The notes beneath the pieces are model-generated. The model had not been told where the DNA came from. It searched no databases and saw only the letters and a list, made by a program, of their open reading frames with translations. DNA of 64,000 bases from Amphiscolops sp. MND2022 (lineage: Eukaryota), in NCBI GenBank assembly GCA_964187785.1, contig OZ076409.1, positions 54,312,001 through 54,376,000 of the forward strand. The letters are read 5' to 3'. Shown piece by piece: positions 63,966 through 64,000 of this stretch. Within the stretch, counting starts at the first letter, position 1. Each line of letters begins with the position of its first letter. A program made the translations under genes and the position numbers.

Positions 63966-64000
63966 TCAATTTGATTTTGTATGCTTCATGCAATTGAAGT

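Larger units (their letters stand above)
61759..64000. repeat. Tandem duplication, 1231-bp period (second copy starts at 62990 and runs off the window)
   Basis: AATCTCACAACAACGTC at 61759 and 62990; the unit contains a partial LTR, its flank and a Merlin MITE. Confidence 0.92.

Noticed and set aside
55022-64000. Search for the Kv2 start-codon exon
   Set aside because: No supportable candidate found; it probably lies beyond the window

Overview
Eukaryotic, AT-rich, repeat-dense animal DNA (looks like a marine invertebrate such as an acoel; taxon is inference) with one 200-N scaffold gap at 31094-31293. Almost the whole window lies inside one minus-strand Shab/Kv2 (KCNB-type) voltage-gated K+ channel gene. 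I assembled 16-17 exons from 55021 down to about 4226; all have GT-AG sites and compatible phases. They encode T1, S1-S6, the TVGYGD pore, a PIP hinge and a long Ser-rich tail. The start-codon exon was not found and probably lies to the right of the window. The introns carry three Ty3/Gypsy LTR retrotransposons (one very young), a decayed CR1/L2-type LINE, Merlin MITEs with 8-bp TSDs, a CMC/EnSpm-like MITE, an abundant Helentron/DINE-1-like family, several palindromes and two tandem duplications. The most unusual observations are: (1) distal in-phase exons that appear to add a second, divergent BTB/T1-like domain at the channel C-terminus; (2) an antisense ORC3-like coding segment nested in, and possibly interleaved with, the channel exons; (3) three unrelated back-to-back double-hairpin structures, one a spacer-free 1.13-kb palindrome; (4) two diverged copies of an unclassified element with a conserved orphan ORF, an AAACDG peptide and an SGNH-like remnant. 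All homology calls are by eye; no database searches were run.
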